64,000 nucleotides of DNA from an uncultured Marmoricola sp. (GCA_937868075.1 CALMLL010000074.1:8091-72090), one strand, 5' to 3'; numbered from the stretch's first letter, positions 19,503-28,218 are shown. Translations and numbers: made by a program. Notes: generated by a model from the sequence alone, not told the origin.

Positions 19503-20219
19503 ATGCGCAAGTTCACGCGTCGAGACGACCCTGCCGTGCTCGACCAGCGCTCGTGGGCCGACGTTCCCGGCCCCTTCATCGCTGTAGCCGAGGCATTGGC
19601 CGCGCAGAGCGACCCCTCGGCTGCCTGCGAGGTCGTGGGTCGCAAGCTGGCCGCCGACGGCGCCGGACTTGTCGAGGCGCTCGATGCGCTGCGGCTCACC
19701 CGCCGGGTGGTCACCGACGCCGATCCCACCTTCGCCGAGATCCGGGCACTCAGTGTCGCCTGGAGTGAAGAGACTCTGGGGTACCTCAACCAGTTGTCCT
19801 GCCAGGATCCCCTGACCGGGGTTGCCAGCATGGCCCACGTGCGCGCTCGCGTGGCCGAGGTCTTCCGAGGCGAGGACCGCCGGGGTCGATCGCCCTCCGA
19901 CACATTCGCGCTGGTGGTCGTCGACGTCACCGGTCGCCATGTCGCTCACGGAGCTGACTTCGAGCAGGCCCTGCGATTGTCCCGGGTCGCTGAGACGGTC
20001 CGCACGGTCTTCCAGGGCAGCGAGACCGTTGGCCGGGCCGGTGCTCAACGACTGGTGATCCTGGGCAAACGGCACCCTTCCTTGGGCAAACAGGTCGCCC
20101 TGCTCGAGACCCTCTTGTTGGACCGTCACGCCGACATCGCGACGCGGGTCTGGATCGAGGGACTGCCCGACACCGAGCGCTCTGCGGCCGTCGTCCTGGA
20201 CGAACTCTCCCGCGCCTGA
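19503..20219 (+). CDS. Degenerate GGDEF-like protein
   Basis: DPLTG and ALVVVDV match GGDEF landmarks, but the signature position reads GRAGAQRL. ATG 19503 chosen over the track start. Confidence 0.65.
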   Translation: MRKFTRRDDPAVLDQRSWADVPGPFIAVAEALAAQSDPSAACEVVGRKLAADGAGLVEALDALRLTRRVVTDADPTFAEIRALSVAWSEETLGYLNQLSCQDPLTGVASMAHVRARVAEVFRGEDRRGRSPSDTFALVVVDVTGRHVAHGADFEQALRLSRVAETVRTVFQGSETVGRAGAQRLVILGKRHPSLGKQVALLETLLLDRHADIATRVWIEGLPDTERSAAVVLDELSRA

Positions 20220-20250
20220 ATGGTCGGCGCCGACGCGTAGTCTGACGCGC

Positions 20251-21006
20251 ATGTGCGGCCGCTACGCCTCCAGTCGCCGACCCGAGGATCTCGTCGAGGA
20301 GTTCGACATCCCGCTGCGCGGGGACCTCCCTCGACTCGACCCCAGCTACAACGTCGCCCCCACCGACCCGGTGTACGCCGTCGTGGAGCGACCGGTCGAC
20401 GAGGACCATCCCGAGCCCGAACGACAACTGCGCGTGCTGGGTTGGGGTCTGGTGCCGTTCTGGTCCAAGGAGCGATCTTCGGGGGCGCGCATGATCAACG
20501 CCCGCATGGAGACCATCGCCGACAAGCCCGCCTTTCGTCGCGCCTTCGAGCGGCGGAGGTGCCTGATCCCCGCCGACGGCTATTTCGAGTGGTACCTCAC
20601 CGACCAGGTCACTGCCCGCGGCAAACCGATCAAACAGCCCTTCTTCATTCGTCCCCGCGGCGGCGACGTCCTGGCGATGGCGGGGATCTATGAGATCTGG
20701 CGTGACCCGAGCAAGGCCGACGACCACCCCGACCGGTTCTTGTGGACGTGCGCGATCGTGACCACCCGCGCCGAAGACGACCTGGGGCACATCCACGACC
20801 GGATGCCGATGATGGTCGAGCCCGATCGGCGCTCAGCGTGGCTGGATCCGCGACCGGGACGCGCCGACCTGCTCGACCTGCTCACTACGGCCGCTCCCGG
20901 CCAGTTGGAGGCATTCCCCGTCTCCACCGCGGTCGGCAACGTCGCCAACAACTACCCCGAGTTGGTCACCCCCCTTCCTCTCCACGGAGCGCCCGATGCC
21001 CACTGA
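20251..21006 (+). CDS. SOS response-associated peptidase (SRAP/YedK/HMCES family)
   Basis: N-terminal MCGRY (catalytic Cys2), INARMET, ADGYFEW, IHDRMP. Confidence 0.95.
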   Translation: MCGRYASSRRPEDLVEEFDIPLRGDLPRLDPSYNVAPTDPVYAVVERPVDEDHPEPERQLRVLGWGLVPFWSKERSSGARMINARMETIADKPAFRRAFERRRCLIPADGYFEWYLTDQVTARGKPIKQPFFIRPRGGDVLAMAGIYEIWRDPSKADDHPDRFLWTCAIVTTRAEDDLGHIHDRMPMMVEPDRRSAWLDPRPGRADLLDLLTTAAPGQLEAFPVSTAVGNVANNYPELVTPLPLHGAPDAH

Positions 21007-21649
21007 GCTCGTCGTACCGACCGACCACGGTCCGGCCCGTGTCGTAGTTCGTGAGGCGTCAGGTCCAGCGGCCGCGTTGGTTCTCTCTCACGGCGCCGGC
21101 AGGGGGGTCGACTCGCTCGATCTCGTGGCCGTGGCCGAGAGTCTGGCCGACGTCGGGGTCTCCACCTATCTCGTCGAACAGCCGTGGGTGGCCCGAGGAC
21201 GCAAGGTCGCCGACCGCCCAGCCGTGCTCGACGCCTGCCTGACCACAGTGCTCAACGAGTTGTCGCTGACGCTGCCGTTGATCCTGGGTGGGCGTAGCGC
21301 CGGCGCCCGTAGTTCGCTGCGCGTGGCCAACGCGCACGACGCCGTGGGCTGCGTCGCGATGTCGTTCCCCTTGCATCCCCCGGGTCGCCCAGAGCGATCA
21401 CGGGCCGACGAACTCACCGGTGCAGAAGTGCCGACGGTGGTGATCCAGGGCGAGCGCGATCCGATGGGGCGTCCCGAGGAGTTCCCCGCTGGCACCGACC
21501 TACGGGTGATCCCCTACGCCGATCACGGCTACTCGGTGGCCAAATCGGCCCCGGTGACCCCGGCCGAGACCATCGACCTGGTCGCCCACTACGCACGCGA
21601 ATGGATCCTCACCGACCTGCTGCCCACGCTCCCGAGGTCGAAGGACTGA
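20996..21649 (+). CDS. Alpha/beta hydrolase (KANL3/Tex30-like)
   Basis: LSHGAG, nucleophile elbow GGRSAGAR, FPLHPPG, IQGERDPMG, ADH. Confidence 0.88.
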   Translation: MPTELVVPTDHGPARVVVREASGPAAALVLSHGAGRGVDSLDLVAVAESLADVGVSTYLVEQPWVARGRKVADRPAVLDACLTTVLNELSLTLPLILGGRSAGARSSLRVANAHDAVGCVAMSFPLHPPGRPERSRADELTGAEVPTVVIQGERDPMGRPEEFPAGTDLRVIPYADHGYSVAKSAPVTPAETIDLVAHYAREWILTDLLPTLPRSKD

Positions 21650-21659
21650 GCCTGGAGAG

Positions 21660-21686
21660 GGAATCATCAGCACCGAGACGGTGTTG
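21660..21686 (+). promoter_or_regulatory. SigR/SigH-dependent autoregulatory promoter GGAAT-N18-GTTG
   Basis: GGAAT 21660-21664, exactly 18 nt spacer, GTTG 21683-21686; matches the SigR/SigH consensus. ATG follows 8 nt later. Confidence 0.85.
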
Positions 21687-21694
21687 GGCCCGAC

Positions 21695-22378
21695 ATGGTG
21701 GCCACCCTGGAGCGCGTGCCCGACGCGTCCGCCTTCACCTCACAGGCGTTAGATTGGGCGGCAATGACTGACGTGACCCAGGAGCCGGTTGATCTGGCCA
21801 CCGAGACCGACGCCGAGCGCACCGCGCGCTTCGAGCGCGACGCCGTGCCTTATCTCGATCAGCTCTACTCGGCGGCGATGCGCATGACCCGCAACCCGGC
21901 CGACGCCGAAGACCTCGTGCAGGAGACGTTCGCCAAGGCCTACGGCTCCTTCCACCAGTTCCGTCCCGGGACCAATCTGAAGGCTTGGCTCTACCGCATC
22001 CTGACCAACACCTTCATCAACACCTACCGCAAGAAGCAGCGGCAACCGCAGCAGTCGATGTCCGAGGACGTCGAGGACTGGCAGTTGGCCCGGGCCGAGT
22101 CACACACCTCCTCGGGGCTGAAGTCCGCCGAGGTCGAGGCGCTGGAGCACCTGCCCGACTCGGAGGTCAAGCAGGCCCTCCAGAAGTTGCCCGAAGACTT
22201 CCGGATGGCGGTTTATCTCGCCGACGTCGAAGGTTTCCCCTACAAGGAGATCGCCGAGATCATGGACACTCCCATCGGCACCGTGATGTCACGGCTGCAC
22301 CGTGGGCGTCGCCAGTTGCGCGAACTCCTTGCCGACTATGTCCGTGACAACGACCTCGTCAGGGTGGAGGAGTCATGA
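21695..22378 (+). CDS. sigH: ECF sigma factor SigR/SigH (long form from 21695, short form from ATG 21764)
   Basis: [35 protein letters not shown]...[14 protein letters not shown]; followed by rsrA. Confidence 0.95.
   Translation: MVATLERVPDASAFTSQALDWAAMTDVTQEPVDLATETDAERTARFERDAVPYLDQLYSAAMRMTRNPADAEDLVQETFAKAYGSFHQFRPGTNLKAWLYRILTNTFINTYRKKQRQPQQSMSEDVEDWQLARAESHTSSGLKSAEVEALEHLPDSEVKQALQKLPEDFRMAVYLADVEGFPYKEIAEIMDTPIGTVMSRLHRGRRQLRELLADYVRDNDLVRVEES
21750..21755 (+). promoter_or_regulatory. Housekeeping-type -10 (TAGATT) for a probable leaderless short sigR/sigH transcript
   Basis: TANNNT hexamer 8 nt before the in-frame ATG 21764. Confidence 0.55.
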
Positions 22379-22647
22379 CCGATCACTCCCACCTCGGCGC
22401 CCATCTGGACTGTTCCGAGGTCATCTCCCGGATGTACTTCTTCCTCGACGCCGAACTCGAAGAGGGCGACGTGGGGATGATCGAGACGCACCTCATCGAG
22501 TGCGGGCCGTGCCTGGAGAAGTACGACGTGGAGCGCAAACTCAAGTCCCTGATCGCCCGCACCTGTGTCGAAACCGCCCCGGAGGGGCTGCGCGATCGCG
22601 TGCTGCTGACGATTCGGGAGATCTCGATCGGCTTCCAAGAGGGCTAG
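22375..22647 (+). CDS. rsrA: Zinc-containing anti-sigma factor RsrA/RshA
   Basis: DCSEVI...FFLDAE...HLIECGPC (HxxxCxxC); ATGA overlap with sigH. Confidence 0.93.
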   Translation: MTDHSHLGAHLDCSEVISRMYFFLDAELEEGDVGMIETHLIECGPCLEKYDVERKLKSLIARTCVETAPEGLRDRVLLTIREISIGFQEG

Positions 22648-23006
22648 TCGGGGATCCTGCCCACGAAGCGCTGGGCATCCACGATCACCCGGGTGACCTC
22701 TCCGGATCCGACCAACGTCCCGCGCCCGTCGTAGGCCGCCACGGTGAATCTCACCAATCGCCCGTCGCGATGTGCCAGTGAAGCCCGCACCGTGATGGAG
22801 GCGCCAACTCGGCTGGCCGCCAGGTGCTCGAGGCTGACCCGGGTGCCTACGGACGTCTCGCCCTCACCGAGCAGATCCTCGACGGCGGCACAGGTGGCGG
22901 CTTCGCACCAGGCCAGCAGGACCGGTGTGCCCAACACGGGCAGGGACCCCGAGCCCACGGCGGCGGCGGTGTCCTGGTCGCTGACCTCGAAGAGGAGTTC
23001 GGTCAT
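22644..23006 (-). CDS. Hotdog-fold thioesterase (FlK-like)
   Basis: DTAAAVGSGSLPVLGTP...E...SVGT...HLAAS pattern. Start set at ATG 23006, 7 nt after CACAAT. Confidence 0.85.
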   Translation of the reverse strand: MTELLFEVSDQDTAAAVGSGSLPVLGTPVLLAWCEAATCAAVEDLLGEGETSVGTRVSLEHLAASRVGASITVRASLAHRDGRLVRFTVAAYDGRGTLVGSGEVTRVIVDAQRFVGRIPD

Positions 23007-23094
23007 GAGCGTCATTGTGCCGCCTGGATTAGGCACACCAGCCCCCGCCTGAGAGGATGAGCGCCGCATCAAACCCGACGTTGAGGAGCCCATC

Positions 23095-23169
23095 ATGGGG
23101 AAGACCGGCCGCAAGCGCCGCGCACGCAAGAAGAAGGGCGCAAACCACGGCAAGCGCCCCAACGCCTGA
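23095..23169 (+). CDS. 50S ribosomal protein bL37 (24 aa; not in ORF track)
   Basis: MGKTGRKRRARKKKGANHGKRPNA*, with the ANHGKRPNA C-terminus of mycobacterial bL37. SD GAGGAG; sits in the rsrA-pdtaS neighbourhood. Confidence 0.9.
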   Translation: MGKTGRKRRARKKKGANHGKRPNA

Positions 23170-23187
23170 GCGGCAACACCAATCGGT

Positions 23188-23220
23188 AGGTGGGGAGGCG
23201 GCGTCCGCCGCCCCCGACCT
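23188..23220. terminator. GC-rich hairpin between convergent bL37 and the ThDP-enzyme gene
   Basis: AGGT-G-GGG-A-GGCGGC[GTCC]GCCGCC-CCC-G-ACCT; no U tract. Confidence 0.55.
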
Positions 23221-23225
23221 CCGGT

Positions 23226-24884
23226 CTAGATCCCGAACGTGGTGCGCGGGTAGGCCGCGTTGACGTCGGTCACCACGTTGACCAGATACGGCACTCCCGA
23301 AGCGAAGGCGCGATCCAGCGCCGGTCCGATCTGACGCGGATCCGTCACCAGTTCGCCGGCCCCACCCAATGCCTTGACGACCTCGTCGTAGCGCGCCGTC
23401 GGCGCCAGGTCTGCGGCGACGTCGTAGCCGTAGAGCATCTGCATGGGGCCCTTCTCCAGTCCCCAGGCGGAGTTGTTGCCGACCACCATGACGACCGGTA
23501 GTCGATGGCGCACCAAGGTGTCGACGTCGATGAGCGAGAAGCCGGCCGCGCCGTCGCCGTACAACAGGACCACCTGCGCAGATGGTCGTTGCAGACGCGC
23601 CGCGATCGCGGCACCCATCCCCGCGCCGAGACAGCCGTAGGGGCCTGGGTCCAGCCATCCGCCGGGCTGTTTGGGCTCGACGAACTTGCCGGCGAACGAG
23701 ACGAAGTCGCCGCCGTCTCCGATCACCACCGCGTCGTCGGCCAGTCTGGGCACCAGTTCGCCATAGATGCGGGCTGGGTGGATCGGGTCGGCCGTTGCGC
23801 TCAGCAGCGCGTGGTCACGCTCGTTTGCGGCCCGGACGGTGTCTTGCAGGTCGGCGACCCACGAGGACCAATCCGGCTTGCGGACCACGCCGTGCAGCGC
23901 CTCGGCGAGACCGTCGAGCACCAACGTGAGATCCCCGAAGGCGGAGCCGGCAAGATCGGCATGTGTGGAGATCTGGGACTCCGAATCCGCGAGGTGAACC
24001 ACCTGGGCCGGAGCGGCCCCGTCCTTCCCGCCGAACACGCCGTAGCCGAGTCTGAAGTCCAAAGGGGTCCCGACCACGATCACGAGGTCGGCTCCGTTGA
24101 GCGCCGGGCCCCGAGCCTTGGTGACCAGCAACGGGTGCCCGCCCGGGATCACGCCTCGGCCCATGCCATTGGTGATGGTCGGGATCCCGATGCTCTCGAC
24201 GAGGCGCAGCGCGGCCTGGTCGGCGCCGTCGAGCCAGACGTCGGTGCCCACGATCAGGACCGGTCGCGCCGAGCCGCCGAGCAACTCGGCGATGTCGGAC
24301 ATCGCTTCCGGATCGGGCGCGATCGCGGTGTGCGTCGGTGCGGCCGGGCGCGCCGACTCGGCGGTGTTGAAGAACTCATCCATGGGTACGTCGACGAACA
24401 CCGGCCCGCGGTGGGAGGAACCGGCCACCGTGAAGGCGCGATCGAGGTCGGCGGCCATGTCGGCCGCGGTGCGGATGGTGTGGGACCACTTGGTCACCGA
24501 GGAGAGGATCGGCGGCTGGTCGAGTTCCTGCAAGGAGCCCATGCCCCAACGGTTCTGCGGGGCACGACCACCGATGACCACCATCGGGGCGCCGGAGAAC
24601 TGGGCCTGGGTCATCGCACTGACCCCGTTGGTCACTCCAGGACCGGCCGTCAGGACCGCCAGACCCGGCTTGCGGGTCAGTTTGCCGGTCGCTTCGGCGG
24701 CGAAGGCGGCGGTCTGTTCGTGCCGCACGTCGATGATCGGCATCGGCGGCTCGGCCTTCACCGCGCCGTCGTACATCGGGAAGACGTGGGCGCCGGACAG
24801 GGTGAACATCGCCTGCACGCCGTGCGCGCGGGCTACCTCGACGGCGTGCTGCCCGGCGTGCCCGGTGAGGGTCTCTTCGGTCAT
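23226..24884 (-). CDS. ThDP-dependent enzyme, acetolactate synthase-like (IlvG/2-hydroxyacyl-CoA lyase-like)
   Basis: RHEQTAAFAAE; ThDP motif GDG-x24-NN (YGDGAAGFS...VVGNN). No small subunit gene nearby. Confidence 0.85.
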   Translation of the reverse strand: MTEETLTGHAGQHAVEVARAHGVQAMFTLSGAHVFPMYDGAVKAEPPMPIIDVRHEQTAAFAAEATGKLTRKPGLAVLTAGPGVTNGVSAMTQAQFSGAPMVVIGGRAPQNRWGMGSLQELDQPPILSSVTKWSHTIRTAADMAADLDRAFTVAGSSHRGPVFVDVPMDEFFNTAESARPAAPTHTAIAPDPEAMSDIAELLGGSARPVLIVGTDVWLDGADQAALRLVESIGIPTITNGMGRGVIPGGHPLLVTKARGPALNGADLVIVVGTPLDFRLGYGVFGGKDGAAPAQVVHLADSESQISTHADLAGSAFGDLTLVLDGLAEALHGVVRKPDWSSWVADLQDTVRAANERDHALLSATADPIHPARIYGELVPRLADDAVVIGDGGDFVSFAGKFVEPKQPGGWLDPGPYGCLGAGMGAAIAARLQRPSAQVVLLYGDGAAGFSLIDVDTLVRHRLPVVMVVGNNSAWGLEKGPMQMLYGYDVAADLAPTARYDEVVKALGGAGELVTDPRQIGPALDRAFASGVPYLVNVVTDVNAAYPRTTFGI

Positions 24885-24950
24885 GACCGCAAGTTACCGC
24901 AGGGTTGCGCGGCGTCGGATGACGCGGGTCACACCGCATAGGCTGAGCGC

Positions 24951-26423
24951 ATGGCGCGGCTGGAGCAGTTGGTGGGGGCGCACACCGACCTCGACCAGAT
25001 CGAGTTGCACTGGCTGCATCTGCTGCTGGCCGACTGGCAGATCATCGCCGACCTCTCCTTCGCCGACCTGGTGCTGTGGCTGCCCGATCGGGAGCAGACC
25101 GGCTACTGGGCGGGAGCCCAGATGCGGCCCACGACCGGGCCGACCGCCTATGTCGACGACGTCGTCGGCACCTTCATCCCCACTGGTCGTCGACCACTGC
25201 TGGACCGCGCGATGGTCGATGGCAAGGTGGCTCGTGACGGCGACCCCGAGTGGCGCGATTCGGTGCCGGTGCGGGTGGAGGCGGTCCCGGTGAGGTACGC
25301 CGACCGGGTGATCGCCGTGGTGGCCCGCAACACCAACCTTCACGGCGTACGCACCCCGAGTCGGCTTGAACTGGCCTATCTCCAGACCGCGGGGGAGTTG
25401 GCCCAGATGATCGCCAACGGTTATTTCCCCACGCCGGGGCAACGCTCCGATCACGCCGACTCGCCTCGGGTGGGCGACGGCTTCATCCGAGTCGATGCCG
25501 CCGGGACGGTCGTCTATGCCAGCCCCAACGCGATGTCGGTGTTTCGCCGCCTGGGATTGTCCACCGACCTGACCGGACTCAACCTCGCCGACGCGACCCG
25601 CTCACTGATTCCGCCGCGACTGCGCCCCGACGAGGTGACCCTCAGCGCCGTCCTGGGGGGCCGGATGCCGCGCGACACCGAGATCGGCAATGCCGATGCG
25701 ACTGTGATCATGAGGTCGGTGCCGCTGCGACCCAACGGGGAGATCACCGGGGCCCTGGTGCTGCTTCGCGACGTCACCGAGTTGCGGCGCCGTGATCGGG
25801 AGTTGATCACCAAGGACGCCACCATCCGCGAGATCCATCACCGGGTGAAGAACAACCTGCAGACCGTGGCCGCGCTGCTTCGCATGCAGGCTCGACGTAT
25901 CGGCCCGTCGGCGGGGCGGGAGGCGTTGGTCGAAGCCGAGCGGCGGGTCGGAACCATCGCGATCGTGCACGAGTTGCTCAGCCAATCCCACGAGGAGACC
26001 GTGGATTTCGACGAGGTCGCCGACCGGTTGCGGGCCATGGTGGTCGACGTCGGTGCCCAGCAGGGCACCGTGACTTCTCAGCGGGTGGGCACCGTGGGGG
26101 TGGTGGACGCGGTCGTGGCCACGCAGTTGGCGATGATGCTGACCGAACTGCTCAACAACGCCGTCGAACACGGCTTCGGTGCCTCGCGCTCGGGCCACAT
26201 CGAGTTGAGGGCCGAACGAGGGGAGGGTGGCGTCGAGGTCAGCGTGAGCGACGACGGGGAGGGTCTCCCCGGCGACTTCGACATCGACGCAACGACGAGT
26301 CTCGGCCTGGCGATCGTGCGCACGTTGATCGGGGAACTCGGTGGGGAACTCACCATAGGTCCCCGCTCCGGTGGCGGGACGTCAGCGCGGCTTCGGGTGC
26401 CGCTCCCAGGAGATCAGGGTTGA
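24951..26423 (+). CDS. pdtaS: Cytosolic GAF-PAS sensor histidine kinase PdtaS
   Basis: DWQIIADLSFADLVLW N-terminus, HisKA_2 EIHHRVKNNLQTVAALL, ELLNNAVEH, DDGEGLP, LGLAIV; convergent with whiB1. Confidence 0.92.
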   Translation: MARLEQLVGAHTDLDQIELHWLHLLLADWQIIADLSFADLVLWLPDREQTGYWAGAQMRPTTGPTAYVDDVVGTFIPTGRRPLLDRAMVDGKVARDGDPEWRDSVPVRVEAVPVRYADRVIAVVARNTNLHGVRTPSRLELAYLQTAGELAQMIANGYFPTPGQRSDHADSPRVGDGFIRVDAAGTVVYASPNAMSVFRRLGLSTDLTGLNLADATRSLIPPRLRPDEVTLSAVLGGRMPRDTEIGNADATVIMRSVPLRPNGEITGALVLLRDVTELRRRDRELITKDATIREIHHRVKNNLQTVAALLRMQARRIGPSAGREALVEAERRVGTIAIVHELLSQSHEETVDFDEVADRLRAMVVDVGAQQGTVTSQRVGTVGVVDAVVATQLAMMLTELLNNAVEHGFGASRSGHIELRAERGEGGVEVSVSDDGEGLPGDFDIDATTSLGLAIVRTLIGELGGELTIGPRSGGGTSARLRVPLPGDQG

Positions 26424-26441
26424 TCTGCGTGAGGTGTGGGG

Positions 26442-26693
26442 CTACGTCGCCCGCACTCGTGCTCGGGCCTTGCGCCGCTTGAGCGCGCGGCGCTCGTCTT
26501 CGCTCATCCCGCCCCAGACACCATGGTCCTGACCGGCTTCCAAAGCCCACGCCAGGCACTGTTCGCGTACGTCGCAGCGACGGCACACCTGCTTGGCCTC
26601 TTCAATCTGCAAGATGGCCGGACCGGTGTTGCCGATCGGGAAGAACAGCTCCGGGTCTTCGTCAAGACACGCAGACCGGTGGCGCCAATCCAT
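26442..26693 (-). CDS. whiB1: WhiB1/WblE Fe-S transcription factor
   Basis: MDWRHRSACLDEDPELFFPIGNTGPA, four Cys, GVWGG. Confidence 0.96.
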   Translation of the reverse strand: MDWRHRSACLDEDPELFFPIGNTGPAILQIEEAKQVCRRCDVREQCLAWALEAGQDHGVWGGMSEDERRALKRRKARARVRAT

Positions 26694-26792
26694 GGCGAGG
26701 GGCTCCTTCTACATCATTTCTGTCCGGCTTGGTGGCACCGCGACAGGGCTGGCAGGTGAGCCATGACCGGGTTGCGATCAGGACGACACCGT

Positions 26793-26808
26793 TGTGAACG
26801 CTTTCACG
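26793..26808. promoter_or_regulatory. CRP-family (Crp/GlxR) binding site upstream of whiB1
   Basis: TGTGA-ACGCTT-TCACG. whiB1 is an established CRP target in M. tuberculosis. Confidence 0.75.
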
Positions 26809-26939
26809 AAGTTGTCGGCTTCACCCCCAGGATGAAACCGACGTCCGGTCGATGGTTGCGAACAAAAGCCTCCGACACAAGGGTTTGGCACGGTTGGTTT
26901 GGTCACAGCCGGACAAATCGACACACCTAAACTGTGCCC

Positions 26940-27323
26940 GTGACCTCGACCGCTTCCCGCCGCCAGCCTCCGCGGCCGCTGCTGATCACCGTGGTGATGA
27001 CCTTGGCTCAATCGGTGGCCGCGATCATCATCGGAGTCCTCGAACTGTTCCACCTCAGTGGCCAGCGCCTCACCATGGGCGTGACCACGACCCTGTTCTT
27101 CGTCGCCTACGGAGTCTTCCTGGTCATTGCTGCCCGCCAACTCTCCCGACTCTCACCGTGGGCCCGAGGCCCGGTGCTGCTCTCGCAGTTGATCTGGCTC
27201 GGCGTCGCGTGGAGCTTCCTGGGTGGTGGCACGACCTGGCTGGCGGTGCTGCTGGCGTTGTCGGCGATCGCGGCACTCGCCGGACTGCTGCACCCTGATT
27301 CGCGGGCCGCACTCGACTACTGA
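26940..27323 (+). CDS. Hypothetical membrane protein (about 4 TM helices)
   Basis: Hydrophobic helices and WARGP motif. Start set at GTG 26940, 6 nt after TAAACT. Confidence 0.75.
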   Translation: MTSTASRRQPPRPLLITVVMTLAQSVAAIIIGVLELFHLSGQRLTMGVTTTLFFVAYGVFLVIAARQLSRLSPWARGPVLLSQLIWLGVAWSFLGGGTTWLAVLLALSAIAALAGLLHPDSRAALDY

Positions 27324-27398
27324 GGTCCGGCGCCCTCGGCGTACGCCAACGCGAACGGCGCGCCAGCGGCCACCCGCCGACGCGCCGCACCCGATGGG

Positions 27399-27800
27399 CT
27401 AGGCCTTCTTGGTCTCCCAGAAGATCTCCGCGATCTCGTCGATCTTGGCGATCAGGTCGTCGGCTGCCTTGGCGTCCATGGTGCCCTTGGTGCCGCCGGC
27501 CCCGGCCAACTTGGTGGCCTCGTTGAAGAGCGTGTGCAACTGCGGGTACTTCTCGAAGTGCGGCGCCTTGAAGTAGTCGGTCCACAGGACCCACAGGTGG
27601 TGCTTGACCAGCTCCGAGCGCTGCTCCTTGATGAGGACCGCGCGGGTACGGAAGTCCGGGTCGTGGTTGTCGGCAAGCTTGGCGATGACCGCCTTGATCG
27701 ATTCGGCCTCGATGCGAGCCTGGGCCGGGTCGTATACGCCGCACGGCAGGTCGCAGTGAGCGTGGACGTCGAGCGTCGGTGCGAAGAGTCGCGACAGCAT
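27399..27800 (-). CDS. sodN: Nickel superoxide dismutase precursor
   Basis: 14-aa leader MLSRLFAPTLDVHA followed by the nickel hook HCDLPCGVY. Confidence 0.97.
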   Translation of the reverse strand: MLSRLFAPTLDVHAHCDLPCGVYDPAQARIEAESIKAVIAKLADNHDPDFRTRAVLIKEQRSELVKHHLWVLWTDYFKAPHFEKYPQLHTLFNEATKLAGAGGTKGTMDAKAADDLIAKIDEIAEIFWETKKA

Positions 27801-27839
27801 GGGTGGTCCTTTCGTGAACTGGGTGGTGCCTGTTCCTGC

Positions 27840-27846
27840 GACACTA
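27840..27846. promoter_or_regulatory. Overlapping divergent -10 elements for sodN (TAGTGT, minus) and sodX (GACACT, plus)
   Basis: GACACT 27840-27845 lies 7 nt before the sodX ATG; TAGTGT runs 27846 to 27841 on the minus strand. Confidence 0.45.
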
Positions 27847-27852
27847 CCGGGC

Positions 27853-28218
27853 ATGCGGAGATGGGGTCTGGCTCGGGTGCACGGAGTCTCCATGGAGCCC
27901 ACCCTGCGCGACGGCGATGTGCTGCTGGTCAGGCACGGCAGCGGCGTACGGCCCGGTGACATCGTCGTGGCCCAGTTGCCGGGGGGAGTTCTGGCGGTGA
28001 AGAGGGCCACCATGCGGCTGCCCGAAGGGTGGTGGCTCGAGCGCGACAATCCTCTCCAGGGGGTCGACTCGGCGTTGGTGGGAGCGGTTCCGGAGTTGGC
28101 CGTCCAGGCCGTCGCCATCGCCCGGATCTGGCCGCGCCCCCGTCCCTTGGGGAGTACGCCGACACCACCCCCACCGGCGCCGCCTGCGTCGGATATGCCA
28201 GAATCTGCCTCCGGGTAA
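27853..28218 (+). CDS. sodX: Ni-SOD maturation protease (S24/S26 family)
   Basis: GVSMEPTL (Ser), AVKRA (Lys), WWLERDN...GVDS; divergent from sodN. Confidence 0.9.
   Translation: MRRWGLARVHGVSMEPTLRDGDVLLVRHGSGVRPGDIVVAQLPGGVLAVKRATMRLPEGWWLERDNPLQGVDSALVGAVPELAVQAVAIARIWPRPRPLGSTPTPPPPAPPASDMPESASG

Noticed and set aside
26834-26858. GAAAC-N16-GTTG as a second SigR/SigH promoter
   Set aside because: The -35 deviates from GGAAY and the spacer is short; the downstream gene has a better TAAACT leaderless promoter.
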